A stretch of 64,000 nt of DNA from Eledone cirrhosa (Eukaryota), in NCBI GenBank assembly GCA_964016885.1, contig OZ024742.1, positions 187,178,001-187,242,000 of the forward strand. The letters run 5' to 3'. The position numbers and the translations under genes are program-made. Below the pieces are notes generated by a model. It was not told the DNA's origin and searched no databases. It worked only from the letters and a program-made list of their open reading frames with translations. Shown piece after piece: positions 14,496 to 27,470 of the stretch (positions within the stretch are counted from its first letter, which is position 1; each line of letters begins with the position of its first letter).

Positions 14496-14854
14496 TATTA
14501 TCATGATCATGTAAGATTTGGTTATTCCTACCCAAACGGGTGTTAGTAGACGTGTTAAGCATGTTAGGGTTATAACCGTTGTTATAATCACCATCATCCT
14601 TACCACGAATAACTATACCATTAATGTGTAGTTTGCTTTACTGTCATACTTTCCCTCCAGCACCGATGACTCTTTAGTACCAGAATATTGTAGTATATAT
14701 CTACACATGTATATGTTAATCTATCATATTATAATTGCACTTTTACATGAAACAACACACTTTAAGAAGTAAGCTTTTTAAATGTATTGCCTTGTCCTCC
14801 ATATATTTTTGCTTATATATATGTGTGTGTATACACCCCCCCCCCCACACACAC

Positions 14855-14898
<44 letters not shown>

Positions 14899-14899
14899 G

Positions 14900-14950
<51 letters not shown>

Positions 14951-14951
<1 letters not shown>

Positions 14952-15104
14952 TTGTCCCGGGTTCAATAGGGAGTAACCACAATAAGTAAGGTAATGTTTA
15001 ATATAGAAGGGCTTCTACGGGACTAGAAGTGTTTCCTTCGTGAGAAATCATCAGGAAGCCCTGATGATTTCTCTCGATTGAAACAGTTCCAATCCAGTAG
15101 AAGC

Positions 15105-15115
<11 letters not shown>
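14951..15115. mobile_element. Foldback mini-element (copy 3)
   Basis: Imperfect palindrome 15001-15115 with apex TCATCAGG-AAGC-CCTGATGA; same arm as 5768-5947. Confidence 0.65.
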
Positions 15116-15191
<76 letters not shown>

Positions 15192-15427
15192 TAAACAAAT
15201 AATGAATAAACAATTCCTTATATTAAACAAAAAAAGTTCATTATTTTGTTTAATATAAGGAATTGTTTATTCATTATTTGTTTAATATTTTATCTTGACT
15301 CTGTATACCGTTTATCTTTCACCGAAAGTGGATTTTCATTACATCTCTTCTTTCCATGATATCCGGAATACATTGAGTTCTTCATACGGATTGGACACTA
15401 CCGTAAACTCTTGGTAGATTTATCTAC

Positions 15428-15485
<58 letters not shown>

Positions 15486-15669
15486 CAAGGATTTTAGTAA
15501 TATTCAGTTTCCGTTAGAGTAATCAATTATTTTAGAGTGATTATGTAACAAGAAACTGACGCCGCTTACTGTAGTATTTTACTGAACAGTCGAATTATTT
15601 CGTTTGCCATATCCTGTGGTAGTTGCACTATAAGGTTCCAAATGTAGCGATTTACGGAGTATATATGGA

Positions 15670-15950
15670 TATTTACAAACACATGTTTAAAACACCACAT
15701 TCCAGAAGTGTGATATTACCATTTATTGCATAAAACTGACACGTGTTTCTTTGTATGTGTTATATAATACTTTGAAAATGTGTTGTGTCTACATATATAT
15801 TTTTGGATTCGATTTGTTTGAAATAATCAAATTTAGCGAGCCTAGAACAATTATATAAAGCATACAACGTAACACGCGTCAATGTTAAGCAATAAATGAT
15901 TATCACACTCTCCTGGAATGTGGTGCTTTAAATATATTTTGTAAATTTCT
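15670..15950. repeat. Diverged inverted repeat carrying HHR 3' halves
   Basis: ~15670-15768 versus ~15850-15950; GACACGTGTTTC (GAAACACGTGTC on minus) versus GTAACACGCGTC. Confidence 0.55.
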
Positions 15951-16304
15951 AAGTGTATCTATATATATATGTATATATAGATAGATATATATAAGCAAAG
16001 ACTTATTTATTTGTTGTTTTTGTTATTTGTTGGTTACTCAACAAATTTATTTATAACAGATTCGAAGCACTCTACGGTTTTTTCTCCTGGAGTATAATAT
16101 CAATAATATTAATAAATGGAAACTATCTTTATAAAACCATATTTATTTTATTTTATATATTTCAAGGGTACCAACATTATTTTGGTACGCTCTCATCAGA
16201 TAAAATACAAAAGTTGTTTTATAGATAGTGACATATCCCAAAACAAGAACTTTTCGTTTTAAGTTCTGTTTGAATATACCTTTGATATATTCGGCTCCGT
16301 TAAT

Positions 16305-16690
16305 TTGTTGAGCTATTTCAAATGTCGAATAAACCTGGCTGCTATATCTAGTGGCGTAAGTTTGTGAAGCACGCTAAGATACCATGTGCGCTAGTATATA
16401 TGGCACACTATTCAGTTTCTTAATATAATTAGAAGTGTCTAGATACTAATTCATCACCCACTGATGAGCTTGAATTGGTAATTCTATTCACAATTAACAT
16501 TGCGAAACAACAAGTTGTCTGGGTGATTGGTAGTTACCACAATTCCGGTTTGTATTTATTTTATTAATTTTTTCTTAAATTGAGACAGGCAAACCCTATT
16601 GTCTATAGTTAGTATTCTTTTCACCTTAGCGAATCTGGTCCCTTACGATTTGAACGCATATATGTATATATCTGTGATCGTTTTTCTTTT
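16305..16690 (+). mobile_element. ORF-less HHR-bearing dispersed repeat (relative at 42945-43325, minus)
   Basis: Colinear similarity to the reverse complement of 42945-43325 over ~380 bp. Confidence 0.75.
16453..16527 (+). ncRNA. Type I hammerhead ribozyme motif
   Basis: ATCACCCA-CTGATGA-GC...GC-GAAA-CAAC-AA-GTTG-TC-TGGGTGAT: 8-bp stem I, canonical core, G10.1-C11.1, 5-bp stem III, GUC triplet. Confidence 0.85.
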
Positions 16691-16794
16691 ATACTCTATT
16701 ATAATATTACATCTATATATATATAATTCGATTGGTATCTTCCCTATTGCAACGCAAACTTTGATAATACATAATATAATATTATATATATATA

Positions 16795-16900
16795 TACTCG
16801 AAAATGCAACTGGAGTTTTTAAGAATATTTATTTATTTCCTTTACCGGTATCACAGTTGTTATGCTTTTCAAAAGTAAAATTGAGATGGGGGGGGGGGGG
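16795..16900 (-). mobile_element. Solo Neptune-type pLTR fragment
   Basis: AAAATGCAACTGGAGT...TTCCTTTACCGGT...GCTTTTCAAAAGT matches 8683-8785. Confidence 0.7.
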
Positions 16901-16904
16901 GCTT

Positions 16905-16956
<52 letters not shown>

Positions 16957-17577
16957 TATATATATATAATGCTAAATATATATATATATAATGCTCTATA
17001 TATAATATTATATATATATATAATGCTATATATATATATAATGCTCTATATATAATATTATATATATATAATTTATGGATATAATATTATATATATGCAA
17101 ATAAATTCTCGAGTTCGAAGTTGACTAAAATTGGAGTTCCCACTTTGATTTTAATAACTCAAAGTTACACACTTAAATACAAGCACACGCACACTCACAC
17201 ATACACAAACACATATAGGAAATCACAATTATAATATTTAATAATCCAGAAACTGGTCTAGACATCTCTACTTGAATTTTTCTCAATCTACAATCTATGA
17301 TTTCAATAATATTCTTGTAATATTGGAAGCAATCAAAAGATATTTGAGAAGAATCAGTTAGTGGTACTACAGTAGAAATGTTATTTATTACTTGGTAATT
17401 AGATGGTTCAACCATTTGTTCTTGGAAAACTTTTGTAATATGCGAATATATATATATATGCATATATGTGTGTGTTTGCGCGCGCGCGCGTATCTGCAGG
17501 CGCCCCCGCGCGCGCGCGCGTGTTTGTGTGTGTATATATCAGCGTGTATGTGGAGAAAAAGATGCGTACATACATGC

Positions 17578-17639
<62 letters not shown>

Positions 17640-17701
17640 TCATTTATATATATATATATATGTGTATAAATACGTATATATATATACATATATATTTACA
17701 T

Positions 17702-17866
17702 TAGTGTCGGACGCCATGCTTTCTAGCATAGTTACGTCCCTTTACGATCTGAGTTCAAATCCCACCGAGGTTGACTTTGCCTTTCATCCTTACGGGGTCG
17801 ATAAAATAAAGTACCAGTAATGCACTGGGTAATTGCTGGCCTTGTGCCTAAAGTAGAAACAATTAT
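17702..17866 (+). mobile_element. SINE family 1
   Basis: Near-identical to 57873-58030. Confidence 0.85.
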
Positions 17867-18004
17867 ATATATATACACATATATATATAATACATATGTA
17901 TATATATATACAAATATATATATACATATATATATATATAGTAATAATAATAAATTTGATGACTAAAATCCAAAGAGGGCTCGATAAGGATAAATAATCT
18001 TTTA

Positions 18005-18069
<65 letters not shown>

Positions 18070-18110
18070 ATACGCACATATATATATACATATATATATA
18101 TAATACATAC

Positions 18111-18148
<38 letters not shown>

Positions 18149-18580
18149 GTTTATATATGTATATATATATGCATGTATGTAAGTACCTTTTTCTCCACAT
18201 ACACGCAAACACATACACACTGATATATATATACACACACTCACACACAAATATATATATACACAACCATGCAGTTTTGCAGATTGTAGAAGATTGAAAA
18301 GCTGTGTTTTCCTATACGGCAGTATGTAATACTAAAATAACTTACTGCTTCATTAATATATATAATTAATTTAAAATTCAATTTGAGAGAGATTTATTAC
18401 ATTATGGGAAATTATGCAGACGGCAAATTGACAATAACTATTAGTAATCATAGAATATTCTATAACTTACTATGGCGGATCTTTCGCCTATATCGACGAT
18501 AGCCATCCACCATGATTTCGAATTAAGAATTTATCAACAAATTTGTCATAGCTGTGAATAAAATGTATAATGAATGATTA

Positions 18581-18628
<48 letters not shown>

Positions 18629-18708
18629 CTAGCACACACACATACTACCATACACATATCCTAACAAACACACACACAAGTGCACACGCAAACCCACACA
18701 CACACACA

Positions 18709-18779
<71 letters not shown>

Positions 18780-19049
18780 ACACACACAATATATATATAT
18801 ATATGCAAAAAGGAACAGAAATAAAAAAGGATACGACACAGTACAATGAAGAAATATATTAGTTTAACGGTTTAAATATAAAAAAAAGAGTCTTAAAGTT
18901 TCGGAAACTAGTCCTTCATTAAAAAATAGAGTGAGAAATAAAAGATGAAATAGAATGATAAAGAATTTGAAGAAGAAGGGACAGAGAAAAATTAGAAAAA
19001 ACGGGGTAACACACTTGCCTGTTCAGTCAGCCATTTTCTATAGATACAT

Positions 19050-19372
19050 ATCATCATCATCATCTTCATGACCGAATTACGTCCGTTCTTCCAAGCTAGC
19101 ATGGGTTAGACGGGTTGTCCTGTTGTGGGCAGTGTCCGGTCCTCTGACCTTGTCTTGCTCATATGGGAACTGATTCTGGCTTGATTTCTACAGCTGGATC
19201 CCTTTCCTAACACCAACCTCATTTATAGTGAGTGGCGGGTGCTTTTTTCCGTGACACCTACACGTCCACTTTACAGTGTTGGTTGGGTGCATTTTTCCGT
19301 GACGCCTACACGTCCACTTTGCAGTGTAGGCTGGGTGCTTTTTTGCCGTGGTACCTGCACGACCACTTTGCA
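19050..19372 (-). mobile_element. RTE-type 3' tail with ~44-bp internal tandem repeats
   Basis: GGTTGGTGTTAGGAAAGGGATCCAGCTGTAGAAA...AACCCATGC..GGACGT..(GAT)n, shared with 59300-59447. Confidence 0.7.
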
Positions 19373-19509
19373 ATGGGAGGGGGTGGGGAAATATTGTCTA
19401 TATGCTTCAGCTTCGGCTTGTACCTGTGGGAAGTCAGGTCTTCTGTATTACTGCGTGACGCCAGATGGCGTGACAAATGATGGCACAACCGATTATATGT
19501 TTAGATATA

Positions 19510-20040
19510 GTAAATATAAAGACATGGTACAATCACAAAGGAGAGTCATTTTTGATTTATTACCTTAAAGCGAAAGCCTAGAAATTATGTCATATGTGAA
19601 GCAAAATGAAGGTGATGCTGACCGCTTTTTTTCAAAACCATGCTGTTATGTTTCATGAATAGTACCAGAAAAACAGTTTTGCAATGGATTACAATGAGGA
19701 AGTCCTCCGACGTCTTTGTGATGCAATTGAGTGCAAGTGACTTGAGCAGTGGGTCTCGTAAAACTGGCAGCTTCACCATTACAACGTTACTGCTTATTCG
19801 TCGTAGCTGATCCAAGGTTTTATGGTAAAAGAAAACAATTCGCCCATTTGCCAGGTCAGATACTCTCTAGACTGACTCCGTTTTACGTCTTTGACCGCCT
19901 AGCGGACACCATTCGGATTGCGAAAGTTGAAATGAGAGCTATTGAAGAAAATTCGTTCCAGACATGCTACGAAAAGGAAAAAAAAAGATGGTCTGTGTGG
20001 TGGTACAAGGAGGTTACGTCGAAACCCCAGCAAGTATTGG
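19510..20040 (+). pseudogene. Decayed mariner-like transposase
   Basis: Manual translation YNEEVLRRLCDAI...W...NWQLHHYN.TAYSS.LIQGF resembles the mariner EVLRRLRDAI..LHHDNAPAH region; several stops. Confidence 0.55.
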
Positions 20041-20779
20041 GTGGTCAAGTATGAAATTTATAGAAATTTGTAGAAAATAACCCAAATTTCTACAAATTTC
20101 ATACTTGACAATCCAATATTTATTTTTTTTCCTAACCTAAAGTCAGATACGTTTTCGATATAACTGGTAGGTCTATATACGAGATACAGTTGCCTGTTCA
20201 CCTTACGTAACCGCTTCTTCATTCCATTTTATTGCTGAAATTATATACGCATATACGTAAAAGTATGTGTGAGCGCATGTTTAATATTTACGAAGTATGA
20301 GGTGCAGAAATCAAAAGTGCAGTTTCATAAGCATAACATATCTTTGTGCATTACGTTGCATCTTTGAATTCGTTATATTTTCTCCGATTGCCAATCAATT
20401 GCTGCACTTGTTGCTTGTTCTAAACTATTTGACACGACGGAGTGACTGCGTAAAAGAAATCTTCACAGGTTTATATTTGTTTGTTTTTTTCTCCTTGCAA
20501 AGAAAAACTGTAAAACAGTAGAGTACACACATTAAACTAATCGATACATTGATTACTGCATCAGTCTAGATAGATTTCACAGACAGCTTGGCTTCTCTAC
20601 TCTTACATTATTATTAAGCTTTGATATATTATATATCGCCATACATTGAACACGTCAGTGATTACGATATATATTTATTTATCTGTTTATATATATATAT
20701 ATATTTCTCTATTTATTCTATTCTATGGCCTGAAAGGGAGAGAGGGAGTTCTTTTGACCCTTTTCTGGGTCCCTGATAA

Positions 20780-22090
20780 CGTTGTTGTTGGTGGTGGTGG
20801 TGGTGCTGATGGTGGTGGTGTTTGTAGTGATAGTGGTGGTACCGGTATTGCTGTTGTTGTTGTTGGTGGTGGTGGTGGTTGTAGTGGTGTTGGTAGTGGT
20901 GTTGTTGTTGTTGGTGGTGTTGGTGATGGTGTTGGTGATGGTGGTGGTACCGGTATTGCTGTTGTTGTTGTTGGTGGTGGTGGTGATGGTGTTGGTGATG
21001 GTGGTGGTACGGGTATTGCTGTTGTTGATGGTGGTGGTGGTTGTAGTGAGGGTGTTGGTGGTGGTTGTAGTGATATTGGTGGTACCGGTATTGCTGTTGT
21101 TGTTGTTGTTGTTGATGGGGGTTGTAGTGGTGTTGGTGGTGTTATTGTTATTGTTGTTGTTGGTGGTGGTGGTGATGGCGGTGGTGTTTGTAGTCGTTGT
21201 GGTGGTACCGGTATTGCTGTTGTTGTTGTTGGTGGTGGCGGTGTTGGTGTTGTTGGTAGTGTTGGTGGTGTTGTTGTTGTTGGTAGTGGTTATAATAATG
21301 GTGGTGGCTGTGTTGCCGTTGTTGTTTGTGGTTGTTGGTGGTGGTTTTAGTGAAGGTGTTGTTGGTGGTTGTAGTGATAGTGGTGATATAGGTGTTGTTG
21401 TTGTTGGTGGTGGTGGTGTTGGTGTTGTTGTTGTCGTTGGTGGTGGTTTTGTTGTTGTTGGTGGTGTTTATAATAATGGTGGTGGCTGTGTTGCTGTTGT
21501 TGTTTGTGGTTGTTGGTGGTGGTTGTAGTGAAGGTGCTGTTGGTGGTTGTAGTGATAGTGGTGGTATAGGTGTTGTTGTTGTTGGTGGTGGTGGTGTTGG
21601 TGTTGTTGTTGTTGTTGGTGGTGGTGTTGTTGTTGTTGGTGGTGGTGGTGGTGTTGTTGTTGTTGGCAGTGTTGGTGGTGTTGTTGTTGGTGGTGGTTAT
21701 AATATTGGTGGTGGTGGTTGTAGTGAAGGTGTTGTTGGTGGTTGTAGTGATAGTGGTGGTATATATGTTATTGTTGTTGTTGGTGTTGATGTTGGTGTTG
21801 TTGTTGTTGTTGGTGGTGTTGTTGTTGTTGTTGGTGGTGGTTGTGATGATTGTAGTGAGAGTGGTGGTGCTGGTGTTGTTGCTGTTGGTGATGGTGGCGA
21901 TGATTCTATTGATAGTGGTGGTGATGGTCGTGGTGGCGGTGTTGTTGTTGTTGGTGGTGGTGGTCATGGTAGTGATAGTGATAGTGATAGTGATAGTGGT
22001 GGTCATTGTGGTGGTGTTGGTGGTTATTGATGTGGTGTTGGCGGTGATAGGGATAATGGTGATGGTGCGAGTAGTAATGGTGCTGGTGTT
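20780..22090. repeat. 1.3-kb compound GGT/GTT/GAT trinucleotide array with higher-order repeats
   Basis: Recurrent GGTACCGGTATTGCTGTT and GTAGTGAAGGTG...GTAGTGATAGTGGTG blocks. Confidence 0.9.
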
Positions 22091-22204
22091 AAACCAAGCG
22101 ATAGAGTGAATCTACAGCAATTTTCCACCTATACACGAGATTAATAAAAGACAAATAAGGAACGATAATACGAGGCAATTTTGCCTTTCTCAGGAGCGTG
22201 AGAA

Positions 22205-22690
22205 GGCGAGTGGCTTTATGGTTAGGGTATTCGACTCAAAATCGTAAGATTATGAGTTCGATTCCAGGTGGCGCCTTGTATCTTTGAGTAAAACAATTTA
22301 TTCACGTTGCTCCAGTCAACTAAGCTGGGAAAAAGGAGTTGCACCTGTAATTCGAAGGACCAGCCTTGTCACATTCCGTGTCAAGCTGAATCTCCCTGAG
22401 AACTACATTAAAGGTACGCATGATTCTAGGAATACTCAGCCACTTGCACGTTAGTTAATTCCGTTGATCGTTTCCGATAGAACATTCATCGTCGAAACCG
22501 ACAGAGTGTCTGTGGAGTGCTCAGCCACTTGCACGTTAGTTGTTCCGTTGATCGTGTCCGCTAGAACATTCGTCGTCGAATCCGACGGAGTGTCTGTGGA
22601 ATGCTCGGCCACTTGCACGTTAATTTCACAAGCAATCTGTTTCGTTGATCGTATCAACTGGAGCATTTATCGTCGTAACCGACCAAATGC
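22205..22690 (+). mobile_element. SINE with family-2 head, a different tail and an internal ~85-90-bp triplication
   Basis: GAGTTCGATTCC B-box; CTCAGCCACTTGCACGTTA recurs at ~22435, 22520 and 22604; tail related to 2945-3120 (minus). Confidence 0.75.
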
Positions 22691-23364
22691 CTTTAAATAG
22701 TTACGTAATTGAAGTGAGAACTAACTGTTATATTGTTTTGCAGGTGGAGCGCGCATCTAAGGCCTCCCACCCTCCTGATCAGCTAAGCATTTAAGTGGTT
22801 TCCACTGTTCGGTATTTCACAGTTTACAAACTACTGAACATTAGCTTGGCCAACAAACTTCTTCCACACCACAACACATGGAGAACTTATTTTATCGATC
22901 AACATAGGATGAAAGGTAAAACCGGTATTAATTCAGGAATTTGAGAGAGGAAATGAAATATTATATCACATTTAGTACAGCACACAGGTTTGTTTGTTGT
23001 TGTTTGATGGTTTAGTTTTGTTTTGACTTTGTTAATTTATTTGTTGTTTGTTTCTGTTTTTATTTGTTTGTTTTGTTTTTTTGTTCTTCATCATTTCAAA
23101 TTGTGTAGAATAAAGAATAGCAGATATTTGCTTACATAATATCAAACACACACACACGCGCACACACATACACGCACAGACACCCCCCCCACACACACAC
23201 ACATACACACACACACACACACACATTCACTCACAACCACACGCACACACACACACACATACAACACACACACACATATATATATATATATGTGTATGCA
23301 CATAATTTGATAGATAAATTAACAAACAGTTCGTTAGTTAGATAGATAGATCGTTAGATAGTTG

Positions 23365-23412
<48 letters not shown>

Positions 23413-23497
23413 TGTTTCTTTATTAGCCACAGGGGCACAAAAGAAGGGGACAAATACATAAATAGATAGATAGGTGCGTCGTTGGAAAGATGGATAT

Positions 23498-23550
<53 letters not shown>

Positions 23551-23949
23551 TGGAGTGGGTATGTATTAAATAGGTGTATGGTGTTTTAGATGCTTTTCTA
23601 TTTGATCTACTAGTCATACAGCGAAAGCGTTTCTCTTGGTACCAGAGCACGTTTACTCAGGCATTAATATGCGTTTTATTGTGCAATTTGTGATAGAGTT
23701 TGATTCTGAGGACATTTCGGTGCTAATTTCAACCATTTTAGCAGGGTTGCTGGTCAGGTCGATCGATGCTTACTACGTTGACACACACATTATGAAGCAA
23801 ATGCAGCATTGCAAGTTGCTGTTGCACTTGTTTCCTGCATTTGCAGAAACCTAGGCCCAGACTAAATTAGGTGCATATGCGGCATTGTAAACATACACTT
23901 GGTAAGCACTCTGAGACAGGTTTTGATACTTAAAAGTTCATTCCATAAT

Positions 23950-24530
<581 letters not shown>

Positions 24531-24544
24531 TAATAATAATAATA

Positions 24545-27413
24545 GAAACAACAGTTAAGGTAAACAAAGTCATCCCATACCTTGAGGCGAGGAGCCTTCA
24601 CCAGTGCAACAATATCCTCAAAGCAACAGCAAATACGGTGAGGAAACTACTTGGTATAAAAGCGAGAGGAAACAAGAGACAAGAAAGATCAGAGCCTTCG
24701 CGGATTGGTGGAAGAAACGACTGAGGGGTCAAATCAGGGAAATGAGAAATGACATTGGAAAGCTTGAGTCCCTACTGAATGGGACACTAAAAAACATAGA
24801 CACTAAAATAGACTGGAAATAAAGTACAAAACTAGGAGGAAAAAGCTAAATATTATCATAGAGGAACTGAAGCAACGCATTGTAGCAAAGGGTTCAAAAA
24901 TCCGGCGATACGAGAACAGAGTCAGTCAGTATAGACAGAACCGCATGTTCGACAACAACCAGAAGATGCTGTTTGGACAGCTTGAAGGGAAAGAAAGAGG
25001 CAACGACTTGATCCCTGAGGCGGAACAAACTAAATCATTCTGGAGAGGAATATGGGAGCAGGATGTTAAACATAATGACCAGGCAGTGTGGATTGAGACA
25101 GTACAGAAGGAGATTAGTGAACAGGCACACCAACAAACTGATTTGAGTATCACAGTTGAAACTCTTAATGGGCAGGCCAAAAAACTAACCAACTGGAAAT
25201 CACCAGGCCCAGATGGTGTGCAGGGGTATTGGATTAAAAATATAACATCCCTCCACCCGAAACTGACAACCATGTTCAATGACTGCTTGATGTCAGGTGA
25301 GGTACCAGAGTGGTTGACAAAAGGTATCACAGTTCTGATAATGAAAGACCGAATCAAGGGTAATGATGTTACCAACTATAGACCTATCACATGTCTGTCC
25401 GTAATGTGGAAACTGTTGAAAAGCATTATGTCTGAGGAAATCTACCATCACCTCCACACAAACAACTTGTTACCAGACGAACAGAAAGGATGCCGAAAGA
25501 AGTCACGTAGTACAAAGGACCAGTTACTTATTGATAAGATGGTAATGAGGAATTGCAAGAGGAGACACACTGGTCTTGCCTTGGGATGGATAGACTACAA
25601 AAAGGCATTTGACATGGTGCCTCATTCTTGGATCACCAAAAGCCTGGAGATATTCAAGGTGGCAGATAACATCAGACAGTTGTTGGGCAAAAGTATGAAG
25701 TCCTGGGAAACAGAGTTAACATCAACTGGAGAATCCTTGGGAAGCGTGAAGATCAAGAGAGGTATCTTCTAGGGAGATAGCCTGTCCCCCCCCCCGTTGT
25801 TTGTCCTTGCCCTGATGCCTCTGACCAGTGTACTGCGAAAAGTGAGAGCAGGATACAGGTTGGGAAAGGGAGGGCTTACCATCAATCACCTCCTCTTCAT
25901 GGACGATCTTAAGCTCTTCGGGAAGAGTGAGAAGGAGTTGGGTGTGCTTGTTGACACTGTCCGTATTTTCAGCAATGATATATGTATGCAACTTGGTATT
26001 AGTAAGTGTGGAGTCATTGTGATGAAGAGGGGTAAGTTGAGCAGAAGTAACGGAATCCAGGTACCAACAGGTGAGATGATAAAGGAAATTGACTCTGAAG
26101 AAGGATACAATTATTTGGGTGTTCTGGAGGCTGATGACATCAAGAAGAAAAAAAATGAAGGAATTGATAAGAACTGAATACATTCGGAGAGTAAGGAGCG
26201 TATTAAAGTCACATCTGAACAGTAGGAATGCCATAAGTGCAGTAAATTCCCGAGCTGTGCCTATTATTAGGTACAGTGCGGGAATTCTGAGATGGAATGT
26301 TGCTGAACAAAAAGAAATGGATAGGAAGACTAGGAAGCTATTGACTATCTACAACATGTTCCACAAGAGGAGTGATGTCGATAGACTCTACTTAAAGAGA
26401 TCTGAAGGTGAAAGAGGTCTTATCAGCATAGAGGACTGTGTTCAGATGGAGAAAAAACAACCTACACAAATACGTGACTGATAGTAAGGAGCCAATGCTC
26501 AGAACTGTACTGAAGGAGGGGACAATAGGCCAGGGGATGTCCAAGAAGAAAATAACATCAAAGAGAAAGAGTAGCCTTCAGGAAAAATCCCTTCATAGTA
26601 CGTTCTTTGAGAAAACTGAATTTAGAGATCCACAGACATGGAACTGGTTGAAAAGAGGAGACCTTAAAAAGGCTATAGAAGGAATGTTAATGGCTGAGCA
26701 GGAGCAGGCCCTCAAAACGAAGTGGTTGAAACACCATATTTACAAGGAGGAGTCTAGCCCACTGTGCAGGATCTGTGGAGAGAGAGAGGAGACTGTTGCT
26801 CACATTGTATCCGAGTGTAAACAACTAGCCCAGACTCACTATAAGGGGTGGAGACATGATGTGATGGGCAGGGTGATCCACTGGCACCTATGCAAAGTAA
26901 ACAATTTACCACATTCTGAGAAGTGGTATGAGCATAAGCCAGAGTCGATGATAGAAAACGATCAGGTGAAGGTGCTGCGGGATTTTAGGATACAGACGGA
27001 CAAGAAACTGGAATACGATAGACCTGACCTGGTGGTTGTGGACAACGAAATAAGATCGTGCCTGATTGTGGATGTGGCCTGCCCATTCGACACGAGAGTG
27101 CAAGAGAAGGAGAGGGAAAAAATTAACCGATACCAGGACTTAAAGTGAGATGTAAAAAGGATTTGGAACTGCCGTGAAGTCAAAGTGATCCCGATTGTCA
27201 TAGGCGCACCAGGGACTATCTCAAAAAGTTTCCAGGGATGGTTAAAGAAAATTGGCCACTTCACGCTTTTTGGAATGCTTCAAAAGGCAGGCTTGCTGGG
27301 AACAGCAAGAACCCTCCGATACGTCCTGAATATCTGAGGCTGCAGGTAGTGGCTTGATATTCATTTTAACAAACTTTCTATTTAACTAAAATCAATGACT
27401 GACACTCAAAGAA
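24545..27413 (+). mobile_element. R4/Dong-type non-LTR retrotransposon, copy 1 (5'-truncated, decayed)
   Basis: NWKSPGPDG, YRPITCL, WIDYKKAFD, HLLFMDD, CRICG..H..C, RHD, PDLVV..DVACP; stops and frameshifts; flanked by (TAA)n. Confidence 0.9.
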
Positions 27414-27414
27414 C

Positions 27415-27469
<55 letters not shown>

Positions 27470-27470
<1 letters not shown>

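Noticed and set aside
17173-17463. Non-repetitive peptide ([10 protein letters not shown]...) as a possible host exon
   Set aside because: No recognisable family and no convincing splice sites; needs BLASTX or RNA-seq.
19230-19372. ~44-bp repeats resembling a CRISPR array
   Set aside because: Degenerate tandem units without unique spacers, inside a retroelement tail, in eukaryotic context.
20646-22109. Gly/Val-rich and Thr/Asn-rich ORFs of 180-250 aa resembling structural proteins or mucins
   Set aside because: Open in several frames on both strands, as expected of a GGT/GTT array; no non-repetitive domain.
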